Made by a program: the position numbers and the translations under genes
Shown: piece by piece, positions 34,374 through 43,901 of the stretch
Layout: each line of letters starts with the position of its first letter
Numbering within the stretch: the stretch's first letter is position 1
Notes under the pieces: model-generated
What the model saw: only the letters and a program-made list of their open reading frames with translations
Database searches by the model: none
What the model was told of the DNA's origin: nothing
Source of the DNA: Bacteroidaceae bacterium
Lineage (GTDB): Bacteria > Pseudomonadota > Alphaproteobacteria > RF32 > CAG-239
Length of the DNA: 54,961 nt
Assembly (NCBI GenBank): GCA_963659495.1
Contig: CAVKTH010000001.1
Span: 52,573 to 107,533 of the forward strand
Direction of reading: 5' to 3'

Positions 34374-34794
34374 ACGAGAACAAGTCTTAAACGCTTTATT
34401 CACACGGTTGTCGGTGCTGTCGGATATTAAAGTCAAGCGCAACGCCGTGTTGCCTGTCAAAATCCCCGACAAGGGACTGATTGTGCTGCGGGACGGCGAC
34501 ATCGGCGAACCCGACGCGCTTTTGTCTCCGGCGTGCTATGTTTTTCATCATAAAGCCGAGATTGAAGTTTTGATTCAGCAAGAAGACAACGCCGACAACG
34601 ACGCGAAACTAGACCGTGTTTTGGAAGCGATTGGACGGATAATTTCAGTTGATGTCACCTTGTCTGGATTGATTGACTATATGCGAGCAGAACCTCCGGA
34701 GTTTATAGTGCAACCGGTTGACGGCGGATTGACAATCAAAGGCGCCGTCGTGCCGATTGTTTTAGAATATACAAGCACAAACGCATTGTTATAG
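34366..34794 (+). CDS. tail terminator-like protein (DUF3168-like, tentative)
   Basis: 142 aa, directly before the tail tube gene. Confidence 0.4.
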   Translation: MSKREQVLNALFTRLSVLSDIKVKRNAVLPVKIPDKGLIVLRDGDIGEPDALLSPACYVFHHKAEIEVLIQQEDNADNDAKLDRVLEAIGRIISVDVTLSGLIDYMRAEPPEFIVQPVDGGLTIKGAVVPIVLEYTSTNALL

Positions 34795-34803
34795 GAGAAA
34801 TTT

Positions 34804-35745
34804 ATGAGCAGAGCATACGGCTGGAACGCCAGCCTTTTAATCGCCGAAGAAAGCGAATACGGCGTCACGCCGGATAAAGATTACCGTAAAATTCCGTTTA
34901 TCTCGTCTTCTTTAGACAGCGAGCAAAATTTAGTGGCGTCAAACGTTTTGGGCTTGGGACGAGATCCGACGCAGCCTTTTCAAGACGTCATCAATGTTGA
35001 CGGCGACATAGTCGCGCCGATTGATATGCGCAACATCGGCGTGTGGCTGAAAGCTGTTTTCGGCGCGCCGGAAACAACCGAGGCGGACGGCGTTTACACG
35101 CACGGTTTTGAAAGCGGCAAAACCACCATTCCCAGCTATTCGTTGGAAGTAGGTTTGCCGGAGGTGCCGCAATATATTCGTTTCGCCGGTGTCAGAGCCA
35201 ACAGCGTCGCTTTTAATTTTCAACGTTCCGGCGAAGCGCAGGCGACTTTGAATTTGATGGCTCAGAGTGAAAGCGGTGACACTTCCACTATTGACACCGA
35301 CCCGAAATTGTTTGCCTACACCAGGGTATCGCAATTTCAGGGTTATGTCAAAAGCGGCGGCGAATTCTTGGCCAACGTCACCTCGGCAAGCGTGACTTAT
35401 TCCAACAATCTGGAAAAAATTGAAACAATTCGCGACGACGGCAAAGTTGAAGCCATTGATTTGGGTGTGGCAAGCCTTTCCGGAAGCGTTTCCGCCCGAT
35501 ACGCCGACAATGTTTTACTGGACAAGGCTCGAAGCGGAACGCCGGTTGACTTGGAACTCGGCTATCGGATTTCGGACAGCTTAAAACTCATCATAACCTG
35601 CCTTGAGGTCTATTTGCCGAAACCCAAACGCTCCATAGACGGGCCAAACGGCATAGAATGTTCCTATGATTTTCAAGGTGCTAAAAACGACAAAGTCGGC
35701 AGAATGATGACTGTAACTCTTGTTAATGATGTGGAGGAGTATTAA
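34804..35745 (+). CDS. major tail (tube) protein
   Basis: 313 aa, immediately upstream of the G/GT chaperone pair. Confidence 0.65.
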   Translation: MSRAYGWNASLLIAEESEYGVTPDKDYRKIPFISSSLDSEQNLVASNVLGLGRDPTQPFQDVINVDGDIVAPIDMRNIGVWLKAVFGAPETTEADGVYTHGFESGKTTIPSYSLEVGLPEVPQYIRFAGVRANSVAFNFQRSGEAQATLNLMAQSESGDTSTIDTDPKLFAYTRVSQFQGYVKSGGEFLANVTSASVTYSNNLEKIETIRDDGKVEAIDLGVASLSGSVSARYADNVLLDKARSGTPVDLELGYRISDSLKLIITCLEVYLPKPKRSIDGPNGIECSYDFQGAKNDKVGRMMTVTLVNDVEEY

Positions 35746-36275
35746 TGTTAAGGTTAAAAGTAAACAAAGAGCCGTATTGGCTGGAATTGGGCTATGGCGT
35801 GAAAGTTAAGGTCAAACCTTGCAATTCAGCCGTGTTTTACGAGGCAAAAGCCTATATGAACGCCAAATTGGCGGAGTTGGCCAAAGAATATAAAGCCAAC
35901 AAGGCGGCGGGTCTGCCGGCGGTTGAAGATGTGGAAAATCCGATTAAGCGAGAAGCGTTGGCGGATAGATACCTGCTTATCGGGCTTGGCGTCGCCGGAA
36001 TTTTGGAATGGAACGGCGTGTTTGAAGCCGATGAAGATAAAGCCGCGCCATTGACGGAAAGCAAAATAGACGAGCTGTTTTCAAATTTTTGGGCGGTGGC
36101 GGAGAACTTTCGCAATCAGTATTGCGGACTACAAGAGTTGTTGGAAGCGGAAAAAAACGCCTCCACGCCCGAGCCAAATGGCACTTCGGCGACGGGCGAA
36201 ACTATTGTGACGGATGCGCCGACGGAGAAAATCTCTGCCCGTTCCACAAATGCCGTTACACCGAAACGGCCTTAA
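35745..36275 (+). CDS. tail assembly chaperone (gpG-like)
   Basis: 176 aa, upstream of the tape measure. A -1 frame ORF overlaps it. Confidence 0.7.
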   Translation: MLRLKVNKEPYWLELGYGVKVKVKPCNSAVFYEAKAYMNAKLAELAKEYKANKAAGLPAVEDVENPIKREALADRYLLIGLGVAGILEWNGVFEADEDKAAPLTESKIDELFSNFWAVAENFRNQYCGLQELLEAEKNASTPEPNGTSATGETIVTDAPTEKISARSTNAVTPKRP

Positions 36276-36457
36276 AAACCGTGGAAGGTTATCAGGCTTG
36301 GGAGATTTTGCTCAAACTCTCCGAGCCCGATCTGAGACAAGCGCTTAGCCTCGCTCAATATCTCGACTTTGATATTGATATAATGTCAGAGTTGCTTCCG
36401 GTCGGCGTTTATGCGATGAAAACCGCATTAAATGACAATTTGTCAGAGAGAAATTAA
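35745..36457 (+). CDS. tail assembly chaperone G-T fusion produced by a -1 programmed frameshift
   Basis: The overlapping ORF at 36089-36457 lies in the -1 frame relative to 35745. The heptamer A_AAA_AAC sits in the zero frame at 36152-36158. Confidence 0.65.
36152..36158 (+). promoter_or_regulatory. -1 frameshift slippery heptamer A_AAA_AAC
   Basis: The zero-frame codons are gaA AAA AAC within LLEAEKNAS. Confidence 0.6.
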
Positions 36458-36759
36458 AAACTACAAATGTTTATATAAAATAAGAAAGAGCGAAATGTTT
36501 CCTCAAGAATCTTGACAATAACATTAAAAGGATATACACAAAAGCCAATAGACCCGCTAGGCCTCTGGTTTTACCAAGCACAATTAGCGGGTAAATTTTT
36601 ATCAAAAGCTTGATATTTGAGACTTAAAGCTCGCAAAAAAAATTGCACATCATTTTACATTATTGTCCATTTGAGTGATAATATAAAATAAAGCTCTTGA
36701 CTAATAATCAAAAACAAGCAGTAGTAGTCTTCAATGATTATTTTCTATGAGGGTGAATT

Positions 36760-37041
36760 ATGGTTGAAATTACGAAAATTGAAACAGATTCTTTGGTGAT
36801 GGGAAAAATATTTCTTTGTGCTTTTCGTTATTGCCTAGGTCGTAAAACCGCCGCTCCGTCAATATTTATTGAATATTTTACCGCACCAAATTTTTGGAAT
36901 GCCATTACTAAAGAAGTAAAATACCAAATATATGATGAAATTATGCATTACGACAAATTATACAATCCAGATAAAAAATACATGGCTGAATGGTACAAAT
37001 TAGCTGATAAAATATTGAAAGAAACAGGAAAGTTGTATTAA
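36760..37041 (+). CDS. hypothetical protein (AT-rich island)
   Basis: 93 aa. FRYCLGRKT motif of unknown function. Confidence 0.4.
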   Translation: MVEITKIETDSLVMGKIFLCAFRYCLGRKTAAPSIFIEYFTAPNFWNAITKEVKYQIYDEIMHYDKLYNPDKKYMAEWYKLADKILKETGKLY

Positions 37042-37312
37042 TTTTTCATTTTGAATGAATAACTAATAAACATATCACAAGCAAAACAACAAATACATAT
37101 ATAAACCTAAGCCAAAATACCGGTTAAATGTTAGCCAAATCACCGGATAAATTTTTGACAAATCACCGATTTTTATATTGCAAATAAACATAAATTAAAA
37201 ATACATATTGACAATAAATTTTTTATGAGTAAATATATTGTCAACAAGCCCCTCCCGCTAAAGGCAGAAATGTACAGCGAATACGGAGGGGTATTCTATT
37301 ATAGGAGAACTT

Positions 37313-38365
37313 ATGGATACTCGTATTTCTTTTTCTAAAAAAGCAAAATCTGCGGCCGAACTTTTAATGCAATTAAAAGATAGAGGAATGACAATTGACG
37401 ATAATAATTTTGCATTAGATGTTTTGGATAAGGTTAATTATTATCGTTTATCTGGATATTGGTTCAAATTTCAAAATAAATGGCTTAAAAAAAATCAAAT
37501 ACCGGCAGATGCATCTTCTGAAGAAAAAAAACGATTAAATAATTTATTTGTTGTAGATGTGTCTTTTGCTAATATTGTTGATATTTATAAATTTGATACA
37601 AAATTACGTTCCTTATGTTTAGATGCCCTCGAAAAAATAGAAATTGCTATAGGTTCAGATATATGTGAGCATATGTGCAATTCTAAAGGCGGATATTGGT
37701 TCTTAGATAGAAATAATGTTTTGTCGGTAATTAAAAAACAAAAAGATAATACGAGTAAAGAAATATTTTCTTATGAAGTGTTGCTTGATGATATTGATGA
37801 AGTTATGAGACGCAATGAGCGTACAAAATGCATAAAGAGTTTTAAAAAAAAATATAATAATAAATACCCTCCTTATTGGATTCTATCACAATTAATAACT
37901 TTTGGGACGTTATCAAAATTATATACATCTCTTCCGTCTGAAGATAAAAAGCAAATTGCAAAAAATATTGGATTGAACATAGATATAATGGAAAAAAGTT
38001 TACAAACACTTGCTTATGTAAGGAATATTTGTGCTCACTATGCCAGATTATGGGATAATGAGAACAGTGTTACACCTGTCAATATACGTTTCAACCCTGT
38101 AGAACGCAATAGTCAATATAATTACGATTTTCACACGACAGGAAGTAATACAACATTTTTTCCTATTTTTTACCTGATATCATTTTATTTGAAAAATATT
38201 TATCCGGAATCTAAATGGTGTAATTTGATTATTTCAAAAGTTGATGAATATCAGAAAAAGACCACCACTAAAGATAATGTCCCTTTAATATCTTTTAAGA
38301 AAATGGGATTTCCGGAAAATTGGGAAAATTTGCCTTTATTTAAAGAGATGTTGCAGAATAAATAG
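37313..38365 (+). CDS. Abi_2 (AbiD/AbiF-like) abortive infection protein
   Basis: VNYYRLSGYWFKF and YVRNICAHYARLWD are typical of the Abi_2 family. AT-rich. Confidence 0.75.
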   Translation: MDTRISFSKKAKSAAELLMQLKDRGMTIDDNNFALDVLDKVNYYRLSGYWFKFQNKWLKKNQIPADASSEEKKRLNNLFVVDVSFANIVDIYKFDTKLRSLCLDALEKIEIAIGSDICEHMCNSKGGYWFLDRNNVLSVIKKQKDNTSKEIFSYEVLLDDIDEVMRRNERTKCIKSFKKKYNNKYPPYWILSQLITFGTLSKLYTSLPSEDKKQIAKNIGLNIDIMEKSLQTLAYVRNICAHYARLWDNENSVTPVNIRFNPVERNSQYNYDFHTTGSNTTFFPIFYLISFYLKNIYPESKWCNLIISKVDEYQKKTTTKDNVPLISFKKMGFPENWENLPLFKEMLQNK

Positions 38366-38386
38366 TGAAATATAAGAGCAAATCTT

Positions 38387-38418
38387 ACGCCTCAGCTAGA
38401 CCGCTGGGGTGTTTTTTT
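38387..38418 (+). terminator. intrinsic terminator closing the Abi island
   Basis: cctcagc-tagacc-gctgggg stem followed by tgttttttt. Confidence 0.65.
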
Positions 38419-41052
38419 ATGGAAAAACGGATGAATGCGGTTAAAAATTTAAGCATCAGGCTGCAGGCTGTCGGCGGCGACAAAGTTCGTCAGGAATTTA
38501 AGTCGCTTGGAACGGACGGTCAAAAGGCTTTCCGTCAAATAACGCAGGTCATCACGCCCGCCAACGACAATCTCAAGGCCTTGAGCGACACCGCTAAAAC
38601 TTTCAACGGCGTGTTGAAACAAGCCGCGGGATTGGTCGGAGCTTATGCTGGATTGCGAGGTTTGACAAGCGCTTTCAAAAACATCTTTAATATCAACAAC
38701 GAGTTTGAAAGTCTGTCCGGTTCGCTCAAAACCGTTACCGGTTCGGCTGAAGGAGCGCAAAAAGCCTTTGCCATTATTGAAAAGTTCGCTCTGGACACGC
38801 CGTATCAGTTGGAAGAAATCGTGGAAGCGTTTATTCGCCTGAAGGCTCTTGGATTGGAGCCGAGTATGGAGGCTCTGACCAGTTACGGCAACACGGCGTC
38901 CGCCTTTGGTAAAAACATTATGGATTTTACCGAGGCTCTGTCCAACGCCGTGATGTTTAACTTTCGTTCGCTTCGGTCGTTCGGCATCTTGGCGACCACC
39001 GAGGGCGACAAGGTTAAATTCACGTTTCAGGGCGTGACAACGGAAGTCGCCAAGAATTCCAAGGCGATTGAGCAATATCTGCGGCGTATCGGTGATGTGA
39101 ACTTCGGCGACGCCATGATGGAACAAATGAACACCATGGGCGGCGTGTTGTCAAATATTGAAGATGCTTTCGGCAAAGCCGCCAGAACCATAGGCGCCAC
39201 CGGATTAAACACCGTTATCACCGACGCTTTGAAACAATTTAACGATTTGATAGACAACTCCGAAACCGCCGCCGAAACAATCGGCACGGTTTTGACCGCC
39301 GCGGTGAAACTCGCCGGCAAGGCGTTTTTCACTCTGGCGGAAAATCTAGACCTTGTCGTAACCTTGCTGACGGTTCGTCTCGGTTCATCCGCCGTTTTAG
39401 GCGCGGTTAACCTGCTCAGAGCCGGTGTCGGATATCTGCAGGTTTCGTTCGCCGGATTGTCGGTTCAAGTGAAATCGGCGGTTGCCGGCATTGCGATGAT
39501 GAGCCGAGTCTCCAAACTCGCGGCGGCTCAAATGGCGGCAACGGCCTTGACCGTCGGTGCGTTAAAAAGCGCGTTGGCGTTGGTTGGCGGTCCGGTTGGA
39601 GCGGCAATTCTCGCCGTGACCGCTCTTTATAAACTTGTGGACAGTCATGATGTCGCCAAACGGGCGGCGAAAGACCACGCCGAAACCTTGAAACAACTGC
39701 AAAACGAACTAAAAAACACAACCGAAGAAGCGGCGAAGTTCTCTGCTGAACAATCCAAGGACATGGCGTTGGCGGAATGGGGCTTGAAACTTAAAACCGC
39801 CGAGCAAAACATCAAGGATCTGCGACAAGAACTGAAAAACACCGGCGGTTTGTCGCTGACCACCAGATTGACGCCCAACACTTTGCTTAAAGATTACGAG
39901 GTTTACGCCAAAGATTGGGCGGAAACTTTACGGCAATCCAAAATTGATTTGGAGCGATACGAACAGGAAATCTGGAAGTTGGCGGCGGAATATCCTGATT
40001 TTCAACCGCAGGCGAAATCCGTTCAAGACAAACTTCTGCTGTTGAAAGCTGCGGAAAAAGACGCGTGGAAAGCCCGAGACGAGGTGAAATATTTGCAAAA
40101 TCCGGAACTGCGCCCCAAAGACGAGATAAAGACGCAAACCACGGTGGAACCGACTGTCACACTTGACGCCGACAAGTATAAAAAGAACATTGAAGACATC
40201 AAACAAAAGATTTTAGAGTTGAAAACACCATACGAGCAAGCGATGGCCAAAGCCGACGAGTGGCGAGCCAACGCCTTGAAAAATCTGAACGCGAGCTTTG
40301 CCGATTATGATGAATACAAGCAAAAAATCGAGCAGGTTTACGCCGATATGGTCAAAAAAGCCGATAAAACGGCACTTGATTCCTCAAAATCATTGGCGGA
40401 CGGTTTCAAACGAGGCTTTGTGAATTTACAAAATGAAGCGAGTGACTTTGCAAGCCTTGCCGAAAGCACCGTTAAAAACGCTTTCAACAATATGGAAAAC
40501 ACGCTGGTTTCGTTTGTCACAACCGGAAAAGCGAGCTTCGCCGATTTTGCCAACGCCATTGTTGCGGATATGGCTAGAATTGCCATTCGGCAAGCGATAA
40601 CCCAGCCACTTATGACCGGCATCGGAGCTTATTTCGGCTTTGGAGCGGCGCACACAGGCGGAGTTGTCGGCAAAGAAAGCCTGATGACACGTTCGGTTAG
40701 TCCGCCGGTGTTTGCCGGTGCTCCTAAATTTCACAGCGGCGGTATTGTTGGGGATGAAATTCCGATTATCGCCAAACGGGGCGAAGGCGTTTTTACCCGT
40801 GAGCAGATGAAAGCCCTCGGCTCGTCCGGCGGCGCCAATGTCAACATCAGCGTCAACGTGGTCAACAAAGCCTCGAACGAGGTTAAAACCTCGATTACAA
40901 AATCAAATCAGGGCGACGGCAAGTTCAGCCTTGATATTATGATTGAAAAAATAGAGGGAGCGATAGGCAAAAACATTACCAAAGGCGAAGGCTTGTCGCC
41001 GATTTTAGAACAACGCTACGGACTTAATCCGGCTTATGGAAGTTATCGTTAG
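38419..41052 (+). CDS. tail tape measure protein
   Basis: About 877 aa, Ala/Gly/Leu-rich and helical, with central hydrophobic segments. The start is placed after the terminator, whereas the track ORF extends to 38365. Confidence 0.85.
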   Translation: MEKRMNAVKNLSIRLQAVGGDKVRQEFKSLGTDGQKAFRQITQVITPANDNLKALSDTAKTFNGVLKQAAGLVGAYAGLRGLTSAFKNIFNINNEFESLSGSLKTVTGSAEGAQKAFAIIEKFALDTPYQLEEIVEAFIRLKALGLEPSMEALTSYGNTASAFGKNIMDFTEALSNAVMFNFRSLRSFGILATTEGDKVKFTFQGVTTEVAKNSKAIEQYLRRIGDVNFGDAMMEQMNTMGGVLSNIEDAFGKAARTIGATGLNTVITDALKQFNDLIDNSETAAETIGTVLTAAVKLAGKAFFTLAENLDLVVTLLTVRLGSSAVLGAVNLLRAGVGYLQVSFAGLSVQVKSAVAGIAMMSRVSKLAAAQMAATALTVGALKSALALVGGPVGAAILAVTALYKLVDSHDVAKRAAKDHAETLKQLQNELKNTTEEAAKFSAEQSKDMALAEWGLKLKTAEQNIKDLRQELKNTGGLSLTTRLTPNTLLKDYEVYAKDWAETLRQSKIDLERYEQEIWKLAAEYPDFQPQAKSVQDKLLLLKAAEKDAWKARDEVKYLQNPELRPKDEIKTQTTVEPTVTLDADKYKKNIEDIKQKILELKTPYEQAMAKADEWRANALKNLNASFADYDEYKQKIEQVYADMVKKADKTALDSSKSLADGFKRGFVNLQNEASDFASLAESTVKNAFNNMENTLVSFVTTGKASFADFANAIVADMARIAIRQAITQPLMTGIGAYFGFGAAHTGGVVGKESLMTRSVSPPVFAGAPKFHSGGIVGDEIPIIAKRGEGVFTREQMKALGSSGGANVNISVNVVNKASNEVKTSITKSNQGDGKFSLDIMIEKIEGAIGKNITKGEGLSPILEQRYGLNPAYGSYR

Positions 41053-41434
41053 ATTTTTTTGCTGTTCCATGTCCATAATGGTCTGAAAGAGGTTCTTCAC
41101 AGTGATGTATAATCTTCCCGTTATCATCTTTGACAACTTCTTTGTATTTGTCATTTTTCCGATCAATTAAGCGTTCTTTTTGAACATATCCGCTTTCGGT
41201 AACTTGTGACCTATCAAATCCTTGTTGATATTCAAACACTATTTTCTTTTTACTAGGCAACGCATCATTCTTTGCTTTTGCTTCAAACTTATCGCGAATG
41301 TTGAAAGATTCATTTTCGATACGTCTGTCATATTTGGTTAGATTTTTTGAACCACATTGTGGGCAAAAACCTTCTGTATAATCAAATTCTTGACCACAAT
41401 CATCACAAATGAATGTAACTATAATTTTAGTCAT
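41024..41434 (-). CDS. zinc-ribbon protein of unknown function (AT-rich, antisense-oriented orphan)
   Basis: N-terminal CDDCGQEF...CPQCGS. His-rich C-terminus HHCEEPLSDHYGHG. Its 3' end overlaps the tape-measure 3' end by 29 nt. Confidence 0.5.
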   Translation of the reverse strand: MTKIIVTFICDDCGQEFDYTEGFCPQCGSKNLTKYDRRIENESFNIRDKFEAKAKNDALPSKKKIVFEYQQGFDRSQVTESGYVQKERLIDRKNDKYKEVVKDDNGKIIHHCEEPLSDHYGHGTAKKSNDNFHKPD

Positions 41435-41475
41435 AGATACCTCCTATCTAGGTACTATACCATCAAGGAATTAAA

Positions 41476-41955
41476 ATGACAACGATTACATTTCCCAAAC
41501 GACTGCCCTATCCAACGGTTGAGAGTTATTCCATTCGGCCTGACGAAGCGATTATCCGCACCGACATGGAAGCCGGACCGGCTCGGCAACGTCGCAGATA
41601 CACGCAAACTCCGAGTAAAATCGCCGTTAAATGGATTATGTCTCCTGAACAGTTTTGTCTGTTTGAGGCTTGGTATAAATATTACGCCAAAGAAGGAGCC
41701 GAGTGGTTTGTCATCACGTTGCTTGGCGGTATCGGTTTAACCGAGCAAGAAGCCAGATTTACCCAACAATTTGAAGCGAGCATAGCCGCCGGCCGGCTTT
41801 GGCAAATCACAACTGAATTGGAAATCCGAGACCGCCCGACTATCGGTGAAGACGCGACACTTATCATTATGGATTCCGATTTTCAAAAATTGGAATTGTC
41901 CGTGGACAGGCTTCACACTCTTGTACACAAATCTTGCCATCAAAAACTGAATTAG
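41476..41955 (+). CDS. minor/distal tail protein (tentative)
   Basis: First gene after the tape measure. TDMEAGPARQRRRYTQ...FEAWYKY resembles distal-tail families from memory. Confidence 0.4.
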   Translation: MTTITFPKRLPYPTVESYSIRPDEAIIRTDMEAGPARQRRRYTQTPSKIAVKWIMSPEQFCLFEAWYKYYAKEGAEWFVITLLGGIGLTEQEARFTQQFEASIAAGRLWQITTELEIRDRPTIGEDATLIIMDSDFQKLELSVDRLHTLVHKSCHQKLN

Positions 41956-41968
41956 GAGAGTTTTGCTA

Positions 41969-42877
41969 ATGCCAAACATGCAGGAAAGATTGGACGCCGC
42001 CGTTAACAAAGCGGAGGTAGACACAGGATTATTGCACAATGTCGTTCACGGCTCCATTGCGACGGAAGTCGACACCGAGGGCGGAAAAGTGCCGAGTGTC
42101 GCCAAAGTTTTAAACGACATACGGGTTTTAATAGAAGCCGACGAAGCTATTTTGTATTTGGTAGCCAACGGCGACCAAACAACCGTTGTTCAAACTAAAA
42201 ACGGCGAAGTGCCAAGCGCGGCGAAAATCATCCACGACACTAAAACGGCGATGGACAGAGACGCCAAGACTTTTCACGACATCGCCAACGGCGACGCGGA
42301 AACCGTGGTTAAAACTGAAAACGGAAATGTCTCAAGCGCGGCTAAAACCATAAAAGATATTAAAGACAGCATAATTTCAGGCACCCATAATCTGGTGGAG
42401 CAAGCGCAAACCGCCGCCACGACGGCGACTGAACAAGCAAATAAGAGCGCGAACGCCGCTTTGAGAGCTTTGGAAGCTGAAAACAATGGCAAACAATCGG
42501 CGAAAGAAGCCAAAATATGGGCTGAAGGCTCGGATGAGGAAGTCGCCGTTTTAGGCGGCGAGCACTCCGCCCGTGAATGGGTGGAGCTGGCGGAACGAAC
42601 GACCAGAGGCAGTTTTCCAACCACGGTTTTCGGCGTCGCCTCCACCAATCAAACAATTCTTTCCTTGCCGGAAACGCTTAACGAAACAGAGCAAATTCTA
42701 TCGGTTAACGTGGAAAATTCATCGTTGATGCCCGACACTTACACGCTTTCAAACGACGGCAAATCCGTGGTGCTGAAATATCCTCTCACGGAAAACGAAC
42801 GCTGGAGCGTGAAGTATTTGACTGATTTTCAATCAATGAACGCCGCATTGGACAATGTTTTGTACGAAGACATGTGA
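41969..42877 (+). CDS. tail fibre-like protein with three ~35-aa internal repeats
   Basis: The repeats are HGSIATEVDTEGGKVPSVAKVLNDI, NGDQTTVVQTKNGEVPSAAKIIHDT and NGDAETVVKTENGNVSSAAKTIKDI. Confidence 0.5.
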   Translation: MPNMQERLDAAVNKAEVDTGLLHNVVHGSIATEVDTEGGKVPSVAKVLNDIRVLIEADEAILYLVANGDQTTVVQTKNGEVPSAAKIIHDTKTAMDRDAKTFHDIANGDAETVVKTENGNVSSAAKTIKDIKDSIISGTHNLVEQAQTAATTATEQANKSANAALRALEAENNGKQSAKEAKIWAEGSDEEVAVLGGEHSAREWVELAERTTRGSFPTTVFGVASTNQTILSLPETLNETEQILSVNVENSSLMPDTYTLSNDGKSVVLKYPLTENERWSVKYLTDFQSMNAALDNVLYEDM

Positions 42878-42885
42878 GGTGTTGA

Positions 42886-43095
42886 ATGGCGAACGATAAA
42901 AGTAAAATTCCGGCGTCTCGTGTCATAGCCGACACCACGCCGGTTGTCGGCAGCGGCAATCTAATCACTTCCGGCGCGGTGGCGACGGCGGTCAAACAAA
43001 TCAAAGAAGAGGCTAAAACCGATTCCGAAGGCAACGACATCGGCAAAACTTACGCCAAGATCGCCGATGTTATTTTTTATGAAGAAATGGATTAA
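42886..43095 (+). CDS. short tail-fibre paralogue
   Basis: ITSGAVATAV...EGNDIGKTYAKIADVIFYEEMD is shared with the next two genes. Confidence 0.45.
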   Translation: MANDKSKIPASRVIADTTPVVGSGNLITSGAVATAVKQIKEEAKTDSEGNDIGKTYAKIADVIFYEEMD

Positions 43096-43113
43096 AATTT
43101 AGGAGAAAACACA

Positions 43114-43884
43114 ATGACCACAAAGAAAATTAAATTGAAAAACGCAAACGGCGACTACTTGGAGCCTTACACCACGAATGTTCCCGACGCTTCGGAAACC
43201 ACAAAAGGCTTGGTTCAAACTGAAAGCGTTCCGACGGCTAATTCTGAAAAAGTTCCGACCTCCGGCGGTGTCAAAACCGCTTTGGACGGCAAATTGGATA
43301 AAACCGCCACGGCGGAAAAAGCGACGTCCGACGCTTCCGGCAATGTCATCACAACCACTTACGCCACCAAAAACGAAATGTCGGCGGTGGAAACGACTGC
43401 AAACACGGCTAAAAGCATCGCCGAGGGACGAGCTAGGGCCGTTTCGTTTGAGAACTATTCCACATTGGCGACATCGTTGAATTCCGCCGCCAACACCGAA
43501 TACAAAGTTGGAGACAATATTTTCATTCAAGCCGGCGATGTGCCTGATTTATGGATTTACTCGGTTGAAAGCGGCAACGCCGACTACGCTTACATAAACG
43601 ACGACGCCATTGTTTCGGCTTTGCAAACAAACGGTTCGCTGCAAATCGGCTATTATAAAGTGGCGGCTATGGAAACCGGTAAAGTTGATTTATCAGGTTA
43701 TGTGGCGACCAGCAGAACGATTAACGGGAAAGCGTTGTCTTCAAACATCACGCTGTCCGCCGCGGACGTGGGAGCTTTGGCGGCCGGCGAAACCGCCGCA
43801 AAAGCGACGGCGGACGCCGAAGGCAACGACATAGCCTCCACCTATGCGAAATTGACCGACATAATTTCTTTTGAAGAAATGTGA
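43114..43884 (+). CDS. tail fibre protein (paralogue)
   Basis: N-terminal KIKLKNANGDYLEPYT, TSGGVKTAL, DASGNVITTTYATKNEM and a C-terminal EGNDIASTYAKLTDIISFEEM. Confidence 0.55.
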   Translation: MTTKKIKLKNANGDYLEPYTTNVPDASETTKGLVQTESVPTANSEKVPTSGGVKTALDGKLDKTATAEKATSDASGNVITTTYATKNEMSAVETTANTAKSIAEGRARAVSFENYSTLATSLNSAANTEYKVGDNIFIQAGDVPDLWIYSVESGNADYAYINDDAIVSALQTNGSLQIGYYKVAAMETGKVDLSGYVATSRTINGKALSSNITLSAADVGALAAGETAAKATADAEGNDIASTYAKLTDIISFEEM

Positions 43885-43901
43885 ACTTTATGGAGACAAC
43901 A

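Noticed and set aside
36458-36759. Candidate sRNA or promoters in the 300-nt non-coding stretch (acccgcta...tagcgggt hairpin at about 36553-36596; TGaTAATAT extended -10 at about 36670)
   Set aside because: The hairpin loop is about 26 nt with no clear T tract, and several equally weak promoter matches exist in this AT-rich DNA. These cannot be distinguished from chance.
38449-39126. 225-aa antisense ORF inside the tape-measure gene, plus many similar shadow ORFs (for example 8053-8658, 31194-31667, 32188-32679, 43099-43530, 43842-44213, 26280-26690)
   Set aside because: They lie antisense to, or in alternative frames of, long genes with clear motifs and have Arg/Gly/Ser-rich shadow composition. 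No independent signal supports them.
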